NCBI GenBank assembly: GCA_035275625.1
Contig: DATEMK010000066.1
Location: 1-43,782, forward strand
Source of the DNA: Bacteroidia bacterium
GTDB lineage: Bacteria; Bacteroidota; Bacteroidia; AKYH767-A; OLB10
DNA: 43,782 nucleotides
Direction: 5' to 3'
Of the stretch, positions 27,869 through 35,935 are shown one piece after another. The position numbers and the translations under genes are program-made. Position 1 is the first letter of the stretch, and the number at the start of each line of letters is the position of its first letter. The notes below the pieces were generated by a model that was not told the origin of the DNA, searched no databases, and saw only the letters and a program-made list of their open reading frames with translations.

Positions 27869-28035
27869 AATTTCTTTAAATATTCAACTAATACAATTAA
27901 GTTGTAAGGATCAATTAGTTCATAGAAGTCAAGTCCGTTGTGCACCATTTTCACAATTTCGATTTGCTTTTTGCTATGTACTTTGTAATGCACGGTGAAA
28001 GGAATTCCACAGACACGGCAATCATGCTTTTTCAT
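27865..28035 (-). CDS. Small protein (56 aa) absent from the ORF track
   Basis: MKKHDCRVCGIPFTVHYKVHSKKQIEIVKMVHNGLDFYELIDPYNLIVLVEYLKKL. The start overlaps the E1-like gene's end by 14 nt, and the stop overlaps the next ATG (ATGA). Confidence 0.4.
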   Translation of the reverse strand: MKKHDCRVCGIPFTVHYKVHSKKQIEIVKMVHNGLDFYELIDPYNLIVLVEYLKKL

Positions 28036-28858
28036 TTTTTGCTTTAATCATTATAGGATTTGTACTTAGATTGTCGAGGTTTAAAAACAAACCATGATAC
28101 TCCAGTTTCAAATTCCTGAACATCTTCCAGATCAGTTGTGCTCCATATTGCGCCAGGATGGAATTAATAAACAAATCCTGCTTTCCCAAAGCTTCAGCAA
28201 GTGAACAACTGGGCATATCCGGCTTATCAAATTTTTTCATATCCGGAAACAAATCCAGTATAGTAGGTAATTCTTTAACTGTACCCTTAGATCCTTTAGG
28301 CTGGTTCACTTTACCGAAGGTTCCTAACACCACCTGGCCTGATGTCTGGCTGTTGCCAAGGTCCAGCCAATAAACCGGTATGTTAAAGGGTGATCGGTCG
28401 TTATTGGTTAAATATTTAATTTCTTCGATCCATTCACGTGACTGTACGTTGTCCACACATGATACCATCATATTAGCAAAGCACCTGTCTTTTAAAGCCT
28501 GTTGATCCCATTTCATAGGAAATGACTGCCAGTTGAATCCATAAAACCTGTTGATACGCTCAATAAGAATTTTTGCTTTGTACTGATCTAAGTCAGCTTT
28601 TGAAAACAATTGCCGTCCCAAGTTTGCCTCGCTTACTTTATCAGGATCCCACGCCTGTACAACTATACCCGGGTGGCCCAATGCAATGAGCGAAACATTG
28701 ATTCTGGCCAGCGCCTGCAGCATCTGGCTGCCGGATCCACCACACCCAATCACTTTGACTGTTATGGGATGTTCAGGGGATAGAAAATACTGTTCGGTAA
28801 AATGAACTTTCTTTTCTTCTTTTTTGGAAACTGATTTTTTACTTACAGATTTTCGCAT
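28022..28858 (-). CDS. ThiF/MoeB/E1-like adenylyltransferase (PRTRC ThiF-family component)
   Basis: Rossmann motif VIGCGGSGSQMLQALA, then DPDKVSEANLGRQLF and VSCVDNVQSR, all hallmarks of the E1-like fold. It sits in PRTRC synteny. Confidence 0.8.
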   Translation of the reverse strand: MRKSVSKKSVSKKEEKKVHFTEQYFLSPEHPITVKVIGCGGSGSQMLQALARINVSLIALGHPGIVVQAWDPDKVSEANLGRQLFSKADLDQYKAKILIERINRFYGFNWQSFPMKWDQQALKDRCFANMMVSCVDNVQSREWIEEIKYLTNNDRSPFNIPVYWLDLGNSQTSGQVVLGTFGKVNQPKGSKGTVKELPTILDLFPDMKKFDKPDMPSCSLAEALGKQDLFINSILAQYGAQLIWKMFRNLKLEYHGLFLNLDNLSTNPIMIKAKNEKA

Positions 28859-29556
28859 ATTGCTCTGAGATTGGTAGTGCTCTGTTTAAGTTTTTTTAAA
28901 TTGAATTTACCCCTGCGTTTTTTCCTCCACCACTTCTGCATGTCCGTTTTACTATAGGCGCCTGTTACATTGTCGGTAAATTCCGAATTCCAGAATGCCT
29001 TTTCCCAGGCTGCAATAAGTTCATTAATATCCCCGCTTGTTTTTGGCACCTTCACATTACCAAGACACACCTTATGATCGGAATACACATTGAAGAACGG
29101 AGCATGATGCAGCCTGGTTAAAATGGATGGCCTGCGATTCTTATTCAATGCAGTTACAACCAGTGTATTGTTTTTGACGATGAAGACAAGCGGAGGAGTC
29201 CATGCAGTGATGGACGGCTTATTTTTAATCAGCAGAGTCTGGCGCTTTGTCGTCTGCCACCAGGCGATTACATTTCGTCCCGGGCGCTGATCAATAACCA
29301 GCAGGTTGGTGGGAACTATATCCGAAATAGAATAATACGTTTGCTTATCGTTTTTTGCAACCACATCCATCAGCAGCTGCAACGATTGTTTAGTAACCGG
29401 TTTTCCTGATCCGATAAATGCCTTGGAACCATCCTGCATGATGTCCGACACCTCCACGTAATATTTGGTTTCGGTCCGGTCTTTTTCAGCAGGATTGGTT
29501 GAATAAACAATCAAAGCCTGCTTGGGTGAATAAAATGAAAGGTTCGGTTGTTTCAT
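28843..29556 (-). CDS. PRTRC protein-B-like, possible E2/UBC-like component
   Basis: 237 aa, directly upstream of and overlapping the E1-like gene. The motif LHHAPFFNVYSDHKVCLGN is reminiscent of the E2 HPN...CL active-site region. Confidence 0.55.
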   Translation of the reverse strand: MKQPNLSFYSPKQALIVYSTNPAEKDRTETKYYVEVSDIMQDGSKAFIGSGKPVTKQSLQLLMDVVAKNDKQTYYSISDIVPTNLLVIDQRPGRNVIAWWQTTKRQTLLIKNKPSITAWTPPLVFIVKNNTLVVTALNKNRRPSILTRLHHAPFFNVYSDHKVCLGNVKVPKTSGDINELIAAWEKAFWNSEFTDNVTGAYSKTDMQKWWRKKRRGKFNLKKLKQSTTNLRAICENL

Positions 29557-30836
29557 AGAATATCTAATAATGGTATTGGTTTGAACAGTGCCTTGGAAAG
29601 TTTGTTAGTGTCTTCAAAAACACTCCGGTATTTTTTCTCCATCATCCGGCCAGCTTTCATAAATTTAATCAGTACCTCCGGGAAGCAATTTTTTGTATCC
29701 TCAAAATCTGATGGCTTCTCAATAACACAATCAAGAAAGAAAGGAACACCTCCCGCATTGCTGGTCTGTGCCTCACACATACCGGTGAGTTCATAATGAA
29801 ATGCATCATCGGTTCTCCAAAGAAATTTTACTGCCTCGTCAGGAGTCATGGGTAATTCATCGTATTGCTCCTCCTGTCCTTCATATTCTGAGGGAAGAGA
29901 AATGAACTTATGCATGTTCTGTCCCGACACCATTAGTTGCTTTCCAAGTTCCAGCCAGCTATAAATGTCTTTCAGGATTTGTGTATTGGGCTTGTATTTT
30001 CCAAAATAGCTGTCATACTCCCGCAGCCAAACCCTTTTCGATGAACCCGCTCTGATGAGCCGGTTGTAAAATTTGGTGGCTTCTCCTTTATTTCCGAATT
30101 CCTGATGTGCTTTTTCCAGGGATTCAATTTCCTTTTTCGTTTCATCACGGGGATCATTGCCATGATTTGTTTTATAGTGAACAAGGTTTTCTTCGATATT
30201 TTGATAGATGTAATTTTCACTATCTTCTTGCCACAAACCAACACCCCCACTATTGTTTAAATACCTGATCAGGTAAAAGCATAAATCAAAAAGGGAACCC
30301 TTATTTACTTTTTCTAATTGTGAAATCCAATACACCGGCATCACTGGACAGTCCACATCAAAGTAAACTGGCTGTTTCAGCCTCCAGCAATAACGTCCAT
30401 CTTTCAGAACAATGCCCAGCTCCTCGTGGTGAATCAGCTTGGATGTTTTAAGAAGAAATATGTGGAACACTTCTGAAACGGATGATTTATCAGTCCAGCG
30501 TGTGTTATCCTTGAATCCTTTGATTCCTGATGTAAGCGGTAATAAATCTTCCAGCGCCTTCAGGAGTTTTGATTCATCCTCCAAGAGGCAGTGACCTTTT
30601 GGCTTAGTCATCAAATCCACATGCACCCCATTCACGTATCTCAAAGGAATTTTTATGGAAGGTGGCATATGATTTCGGAGGGAGGAGGCACCCGTTCCCG
30701 GCTGTGCATCGAGAGGTCTAACACGCTCCGATTGATAGCGCTTTCGGAATGTAGGATGCTTCCGATTACGTTGTGAAGCTCCTGTAGATCCTCTTGCGGA
30801 TGATTGGGCTTTGGTGGTTTTCTTTTCTTTTTGCAT
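29553..30836 (-). CDS. Uncharacterised 427-aa cassette protein with a very basic N-terminus
   Basis: Lies between the Ubl and E2-like genes. The start at Met30 (30836) avoids a 68-nt overlap with the Ubl gene. The track ORF extends to 30923. Confidence 0.55.
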   Translation of the reverse strand: MQKEKKTTKAQSSARGSTGASQRNRKHPTFRKRYQSERVRPLDAQPGTGASSLRNHMPPSIKIPLRYVNGVHVDLMTKPKGHCLLEDESKLLKALEDLLPLTSGIKGFKDNTRWTDKSSVSEVFHIFLLKTSKLIHHEELGIVLKDGRYCWRLKQPVYFDVDCPVMPVYWISQLEKVNKGSLFDLCFYLIRYLNNSGGVGLWQEDSENYIYQNIEENLVHYKTNHGNDPRDETKKEIESLEKAHQEFGNKGEATKFYNRLIRAGSSKRVWLREYDSYFGKYKPNTQILKDIYSWLELGKQLMVSGQNMHKFISLPSEYEGQEEQYDELPMTPDEAVKFLWRTDDAFHYELTGMCEAQTSNAGGVPFFLDCVIEKPSDFEDTKNCFPEVLIKFMKAGRMMEKKYRSVFEDTNKLSKALFKPIPLLDIL

Positions 30837-30855
30837 CTGATAAACTGTTCCGTAT

Positions 30856-31077
30856 TCATCCTTTTGTTCCGACAGATGTTTTAAACGAATATATCGCCTT
30901 GGAACCCTCCACCTTCGGGCCACTCACTGATGCATTGGTCAGCTCGGGATATTCAGAGGAATAAAATTTAATCACTTCCTGCGGTGTCATATCCGGGTTC
31001 GGATCTGCCAGGTCAATTTCTTTACCATTCTTCTGGATGGTAAATTTTCTTTTTAAAGTATCTACTTGTAGTGCCAT
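30856..31077 (-). CDS. PRTRC protein-C-like ubiquitin-like (beta-grasp) protein ending in Gly
   Basis: 73 aa: ...MTPQEVIKFYSSEYPELTNASVSGPKVEGSKAIYSFKTSVGTKG. The size, the EYPELTNA core and the C-terminal GTKG match my recollection of the PRTRC C family. Confidence 0.7.
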   Translation of the reverse strand: MALQVDTLKRKFTIQKNGKEIDLADPNPDMTPQEVIKFYSSEYPELTNASVSGPKVEGSKAIYSFKTSVGTKG

Positions 31078-31090
31078 GTTTTTATATAGT

Positions 31091-32095
31091 TTAATCAGTT
31101 AATTCTTGTAACGCCTTTATCCATTTTTCAGCTGAGGCAAGCTGTTTGATCACCTCCGCATTGTCCGGAAATTTCTCTTTTGCTTTTTTGAAAGTTTCCA
31201 GTGATGCCTCATATTGACGATCCGTTCGCTGCTTCAATCCAGTTTCCATTAAATCTTTCAACTCTTTTTCCCTGGCATCTGCCTGTTGTTTGTTCAATGC
31301 CTGCTTTGCTTTCTCCAAATCATGTGAAGCTTTTGTATTTCCATCAGGCGCTTTGGTAACTGCAATTTCATATGCACGAATCGCCTCCTCGAAATTGCCG
31401 GCATCCATAGCACGCTTACCCAGATCCATTGTGTCAGTAAACTCTTTCAGCTTTTCTTTTGCTGCCTCAACTTCTTTTGATTTGTCCTGCTTGGATTCAG
31501 TTTCCTCAGGCTCCGTTTCAACCTTCACCATAGTAAGGTGTTTGTTAACCAGCTTTGTCAATTCAAACATGGAAACCGTTTTCTTTCCTCCAAAAATCTT
31601 TTTGAGGTTCTCATCAGAATGTATAGTTCGTTTTTCCTTCTTGTCCTGTAATCCCTTTTCTTTAATGTAAGCCCACATCTTTTTTGTCACTTCCGTTCTT
31701 GCTAACGGTTCTTTGCCAACAATCGGTTGAAGCGCTTCCCCGATTTCCATCTTCATCATAAAGGCGGGTTCTCTTTCAGATGATTTGACTTTTTTCTTAG
31801 AGTGTGAGCTTTTCTTTTTGGAAGATGCTTTCGAACCCTTACCATCTGTTTCAGTGTCGGATTCCGGTGCATCCTGCACAGTAACATTGAACTTTTGTTC
31901 GGTTGGCTCGGTGTTCACTTTTAAATGATTAATGATTCCATTGTCCACCTCTTCCGGATTGCCGGTCATGGTGATCAGTTTGTTGTCTTTATTGATGAGC
32001 AATGTCAGCTTATCACCCACTCGTGTAGTGGTAATTTTAACGACCTGTTTGTCGTTGAGTAGCGCAAATAGCGCTCTGAAGAAGATTTGTTCCAT
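31091..32095 (-). CDS. PRTRC protein-E-like N-terminus, SWIB/MDM2 domain, and TPR-like C-terminus
   Basis: N-terminus ...KITTTRVGDKLTLLINKDNKLITMTGNPEEVD. Residues 109-188, PAFMMKMEIGEALQPIVGKEPLARTEVTKKMWAYIKEKGLQDKKEKRTIHSDENLKKIFGGKKTVSMFELTKLVNKHL, are a textbook SWIB domain. Confidence 0.75.
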   Translation of the reverse strand: MEQIFFRALFALLNDKQVVKITTTRVGDKLTLLINKDNKLITMTGNPEEVDNGIINHLKVNTEPTEQKFNVTVQDAPESDTETDGKGSKASSKKKSSHSKKKVKSSEREPAFMMKMEIGEALQPIVGKEPLARTEVTKKMWAYIKEKGLQDKKEKRTIHSDENLKKIFGGKKTVSMFELTKLVNKHLTMVKVETEPEETESKQDKSKEVEAAKEKLKEFTDTMDLGKRAMDAGNFEEAIRAYEIAVTKAPDGNTKASHDLEKAKQALNKQQADAREKELKDLMETGLKQRTDRQYEASLETFKKAKEKFPDNAEVIKQLASAEKWIKALQELTD

Positions 32096-32106
32096 AATTT
32101 TAAAAT

Positions 32107-33261
32107 TTAATTTTTAGTAAATGTTACGTTTGTTAATTGTCTTCCGTTATTCCATATTGAGTAAAGCCCTTTTTCATTAACTCTAATCGTCATAGTTTCT
32201 ATCTTGCCGAAAAAATTAATATTACCTCCAAGATCCACCAGCCAGCAACTTTCTTTAGAAGGATGTATGCGCATTCCTCTTCCGAAAATCTGATAGTATA
32301 GTGCAAGTGACATCGTGGAGCGGGCCAGTAAAACACATTCCAGTTCAGGATAATCAAAGCCTGTGGTCAGCACACCCACGTTGATCACACAGCGAATCCT
32401 TCCGCTTTTAAATTGTGCCAGCACACGGTCACGCATTGCTTTATCTGTTTCCCCGGTAATTACGACCGCTCCGGGAATACCGCTTGCAACTTCTTTGGCT
32501 TCTGCAATCAGCGAACAGAACACTAACAGGTTTTTTCTTTTTGCAAGTAACCGGTTAGCATAGCCGATGGTGATTTGCGGCATGTTGATTTTACGGTAAT
32601 GCTCTTTGAGGCTGGCATCGGTAAAATCTGTTCCGGTAGAATTTACCTGCAGCATCTTTCTGTCAATTACATTGAAGCTGAAATATTCAAGCCTGGCAAG
32701 GTGGCCGGAGTCAAACAACACCCTGTTCTGAACATAGTAGATGCATTTGTTAAATATCCGCGGATTGGTCCTGTTGATAAATTTCAACATGGCGCCTTCA
32801 AGGGAGGATGAAAGCCGGTAAGGTGTTGCAGTAAGTCCCAATACTTTGGCTCCCGGAATAGCTTTTACAAAATCATGGTACATTCCCCCTTTGCCATTCA
32901 CCAGGTGACATTCATCAATAATTATATTTTCGCAATCCCGGAACAAGTGATGTTTGGTGGTAACGCTTCCTATTGTTGAGAAGGTTATTTTATCTAAATA
33001 TTTTTTCCCTGCCGATGCCGAGTAAACTCCTGCACGATAACCATAGCTGGTAAACTTCTGCACGTTCTGTGCAAGTATTTCTTTAGAAGGTTGAAACACT
33101 ACAGTCTTGCCACGGAGCTCCTTCGCTATATTAGCTATCACCACCGATTTCCCGGAGCCGGTTGGAAGTATTTCAAAGGCGTTATAGTTTCCACTGCCGT
33201 TGAAATAATTCACCGCATGGTGTATGGCGTCTGCCTGATATGGTCGTGGGGTAAACTGCAT
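32107..33261 (-). CDS. Superfamily 2 DEAD/DEAH-box helicase
   Basis: Motif I LPTGSGKS, motif II IIIDECH, motif III LTATP, motif VI QIFGRGMR. Confidence 0.85.
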   Translation of the reverse strand: MQFTPRPYQADAIHHAVNYFNGSGNYNAFEILPTGSGKSVVIANIAKELRGKTVVFQPSKEILAQNVQKFTSYGYRAGVYSASAGKKYLDKITFSTIGSVTTKHHLFRDCENIIIDECHLVNGKGGMYHDFVKAIPGAKVLGLTATPYRLSSSLEGAMLKFINRTNPRIFNKCIYYVQNRVLFDSGHLARLEYFSFNVIDRKMLQVNSTGTDFTDASLKEHYRKINMPQITIGYANRLLAKRKNLLVFCSLIAEAKEVASGIPGAVVITGETDKAMRDRVLAQFKSGRIRCVINVGVLTTGFDYPELECVLLARSTMSLALYYQIFGRGMRIHPSKESCWLVDLGGNINFFGKIETMTIRVNEKGLYSIWNNGRQLTNVTFTKN

Positions 33262-33872
33262 TAAACTTTTCCGCTTGAAAATTCTTTTTCTTTTTCCGCT
33301 TCTTCAATAGCATCATGTAATGTCACCTGGTTTGGATTTGTCCCCTCGTCCTCCTCCGGCATCGTGCATTTGCCTCCGATATACAATTCCACTTCTTTGA
33401 TTGCGTTTTCAGAAGCTGCCTTCAATTCTTTAAAGAACTCATATCCGCCTGTGTGGTCGAGCATGATTTTGGGAGTTTCCATGTCCATGATACCGTTAGC
33501 CACATGCTTGCTTCCAATCAGCACGATGGAAAGATTATCTTCTTCACCATTCATTTTAAATCCGCTTACCGTATAATCGTTGGTGATGTCATGGTTGTGG
33601 AATTTGTTGATTTTATCAATTTCAATTCCTTTGTGCTTATATACACCATCAATGATGGCGAGGTGCACGTTAAATCGTGAGAAAGCAATTTTCATGTCCT
33701 CATCCACAATGCCTTCTCCTTTTACATTATGCTTTCCGACACCGGCTCCCGATGTAACATGAATACTATAGTTGCACAAATCATCTGCTATGCTTGCGCC
33801 TTTCACTTCGAAATCTGTTGGTAAGTTCATTGGTTCTTGTTCTGTTTTTGATTTTTTGTTTGATTTTTTCAT
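33261..33872 (-). CDS. Hypothetical early protein
   Basis: 203-aa ORF, coupled to the helicase gene. Confidence 0.5.
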   Translation of the reverse strand: MKKSNKKSKTEQEPMNLPTDFEVKGASIADDLCNYSIHVTSGAGVGKHNVKGEGIVDEDMKIAFSRFNVHLAIIDGVYKHKGIEIDKINKFHNHDITNDYTVSGFKMNGEEDNLSIVLIGSKHVANGIMDMETPKIMLDHTGGYEFFKELKAASENAIKEVELYIGGKCTMPEEDEGTNPNQVTLHDAIEEAEKEKEFSSGKV

Positions 33873-33881
33873 GTTGATTTT

Positions 33882-34214
33882 TTATTTTATTATTAGTCCT
33901 ATAATTCTTTTTGCAACTTGAAGCCTGTATTCTACCGGTATATAGTACCACTTATGTTTCAGCTTATTCCCCTGTGCGTCTGTCGCCCAGTCAGCCTTTA
34001 CCGGAATGTTGAAAAAATCTTTCAGGTCTTTTGCTCTCCTTGCCATGTGACCGATATAAGGGTCTTTGTTAATGATGTGGTCTCCGTTGAGCATTCTTTT
34101 CAAAGCCTGCCAACATTGTTCATTAAAATCTTCTCTGCGTAATTCGAGCATTGCCTGACTTTCAGGATTATTTTCTTTTTTGTGTACAGGATCCCAGTCT
34201 ATTCTAAGTTGCAT
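33882..34214 (-). CDS. Hypothetical early protein
   Basis: 110-aa ORF. Confidence 0.5.
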   Translation of the reverse strand: MQLRIDWDPVHKKENNPESQAMLELRREDFNEQCWQALKRMLNGDHIINKDPYIGHMARRAKDLKDFFNIPVKADWATDAQGNKLKHKWYYIPVEYRLQVAKRIIGLIIK

Positions 34215-34853
34215 CTATTCAGTTACCGTTTCATCAGGAGTGTTTTCGTATGCTGAGGCATATTCCAGATATGCCAACCCCAAGTCCTGACTCGTTATAA
34301 AAAAATCCATGGGCGGTAATTCAGGATGAGCTTTGCGGTGTATTAGTGTTGCAGCTCCAAACCAGTCATATTTTTTTCTGAGCTCGTAACCTTTAGTGCC
34401 AGCCATGTGAACTAAATGACCTGCCAGGCACATAGCGCTTTTACAAATATTTTCTTCGGGATTAAATTCTGTGATCTCTCCAAATGTTGATTGCTGGTAG
34501 CATCTTTTCTTCTCATTAACTTCTTTGAGGATTGTCGAATATGGTTTGTCCAAAACAGGAATGCTTTCCCATTCATCAAGCTTTTCTTTTATTCCATTGA
34601 TCACGTCCGGTGACAGGTTCTTGATCACGTCCGGTGACAGGTTATTGATCACGTACGGTGACAGGTTATTGATCACGTACGGTGACAGGTTATTGATCAC
34701 GTCCGGTGACAGGTTCTTGATCACGTACGGTGACAGGTTCTTGATCACGTACGGTGACAGGTTCTTGATCACGTCCGGTGACAGGTTCTTGATCACGTAC
34801 GGTGACGCTTGCATGGCCATAAAAGCCTTAATGTTTAATGGAAGTTTTTTCAT
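34215..34853 (-). CDS. Octapeptide-repeat protein (NLSP[YD]VI[KN] x ~9) with a Cys-containing C-terminal domain
   Basis: The start is placed at MKKLPLNIK (34853), 1 nt after the upstream stop. The track ORF extends to 34973. The repeats are encoded by the 24-bp tandem array. Confidence 0.6.
   Translation of the reverse strand: MKKLPLNIKAFMAMQASPYVIKNLSPDVIKNLSPYVIKNLSPYVIKNLSPDVINNLSPYVINNLSPYVINNLSPDVIKNLSPDVINGIKEKLDEWESIPVLDKPYSTILKEVNEKKRCYQQSTFGEITEFNPEENICKSAMCLAGHLVHMAGTKGYELRKKYDWFGAATLIHRKAHPELPPMDFFITSQDLGLAYLEYASAYENTPDETVTE
34599..34806. repeat. Tandem direct repeat, 24 bp x 8.7 copies: GATCACGT[C/A]CGGTGACAGGTT[C/A]TT
   Basis: Counted by hand: 8 full units plus a 16-nt partial unit. 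Only two positions vary, each between the same two bases. Every unit contains a GATC. Confidence 0.95.
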
Positions 34854-34854
34854 A

Positions 34855-35466
34855 TTATTTTGTTTTTGATAGTAGTTGTAAGTATTGTTGTAATCGAATT
34901 TGAAATTGTTTAAAAAGACTGTTGAGCTCGGGAGCACTGAAAATGAAAACCTGTACCTCCCTGGTTTCTTCAACTAACATGGAGATCATACCATAGTCAA
35001 TGTGAATTCCGTTTTCTAATAGTGCAGCACGGTAAGAAGCTAATTGCAAAGGGTAATCATTCAGCCAGTCTTTTTTCTTTGGCTTGCCGCTTCCCTTGAA
35101 ATCGTTGATAATTACACGACCGTCCTTTTCAAAAATGCAATCGTAACGCCCTTTGTATTTGTGGATGTCGCTGAAAACATCCTGTTCAATGCATCTGATT
35201 TTGTAACCGGAAAGAAAATTTTTCAGGAGATCGTTTTCACAATTGCCGGTCTCAAAATATAGTTGAACGTTCTGATCAATTTCCCTACCGCGCTTTAGGG
35301 ACTCGCGCATGATCCGGTCAGCTTCTTTCTCGCCAATTCGTTCACACCATTGCTGAAGTTGTAGTTTGCTCGACTCCGGCATTGTTGCCGAGAGAATTTT
35401 GGTGATAGAATGATATAGCTTCCGGTCTTCCAATAGTGGAAGTTTGGTTTGATATTCTTCGCTCAT
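34855..35466 (-). CDS. PD-(D/E)XK nuclease (RecB/lambda-exonuclease-like)
   Basis: GRYDCIFE...VIINDFKGSGK (D...D/E-x-K) followed by QLASY (the QxxxY motif of the RecB nuclease family). It is adjacent to a Sak4-like ATPase. Confidence 0.6.
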   Translation of the reverse strand: MSEEYQTKLPLLEDRKLYHSITKILSATMPESSKLQLQQWCERIGEKEADRIMRESLKRGREIDQNVQLYFETGNCENDLLKNFLSGYKIRCIEQDVFSDIHKYKGRYDCIFEKDGRVIINDFKGSGKPKKKDWLNDYPLQLASYRAALLENGIHIDYGMISMLVEETREVQVFIFSAPELNSLFKQFQIRLQQYLQLLSKTK

Positions 35467-35933
35467 TTCAATGTAACTTTTATTCCGGTTGTGCTTGACT
35501 TGGTTGGGGGATATACTTTAGCAATTTCACCGGTCCCGGGAATTACAATTTCCAAAGAACCTTTAACAGATCTGAGTAAAGTTTCACGCTCTTTTCTTTT
35601 CTCGGCAGCTTCATCTTCCTTTTGTTTTGCTTCAACCCATTCAGGATCGTTGCAGTTAGAGAAGTCATACTTTGTTCCCAATTCGTAGATTTCAATTTTT
35701 GAAGAATAGGCTTCAAACATTTTTGCTCCGTGCTTTTCAGCCTCCTGCAGTGTGAGAGCCCCAATTTCTTTTTTCACCTGATCCATTGCTTTTTGCATGG
35801 CTGTGAGCTTCACGTGAAGTTCCAGGGGATTTACTTCTCCGGATTTAACCTCGCTGATTAATTTGAGAGCAAATTTTTCCGCCTGCTCTTTAGTGGTCGG
35901 GTTGTAGTTTATAACACTGTATGCTGATTCCAT
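35463..35933 (-). CDS. Hypothetical recombination-module protein
   Basis: 156-aa ORF between the ATPase and the nuclease. Confidence 0.5.
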   Translation of the reverse strand: MESAYSVINYNPTTKEQAEKFALKLISEVKSGEVNPLELHVKLTAMQKAMDQVKKEIGALTLQEAEKHGAKMFEAYSSKIEIYELGTKYDFSNCNDPEWVEAKQKEDEAAEKRKERETLLRSVKGSLEIVIPGTGEIAKVYPPTKSSTTGIKVTLK

Positions 35934-35935
35934 GA

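Noticed and set aside
34599-34806. The 24-bp repeat array as a CRISPR array
   Set aside because: The units are directly contiguous with no spacers, lie in-frame in a CDS, and have no cas genes or leader nearby.
34525-34869. Plus-strand ORF reading the tandem repeat as GDRFLITS/GDRLLITY units
   Set aside because: The repeat is open on both strands. However, the flanking operon, the 1-nt coupling to the upstream gene and the non-repeat C-terminal domain all support the minus-strand frame. The antisense ORF has no plausible start context.
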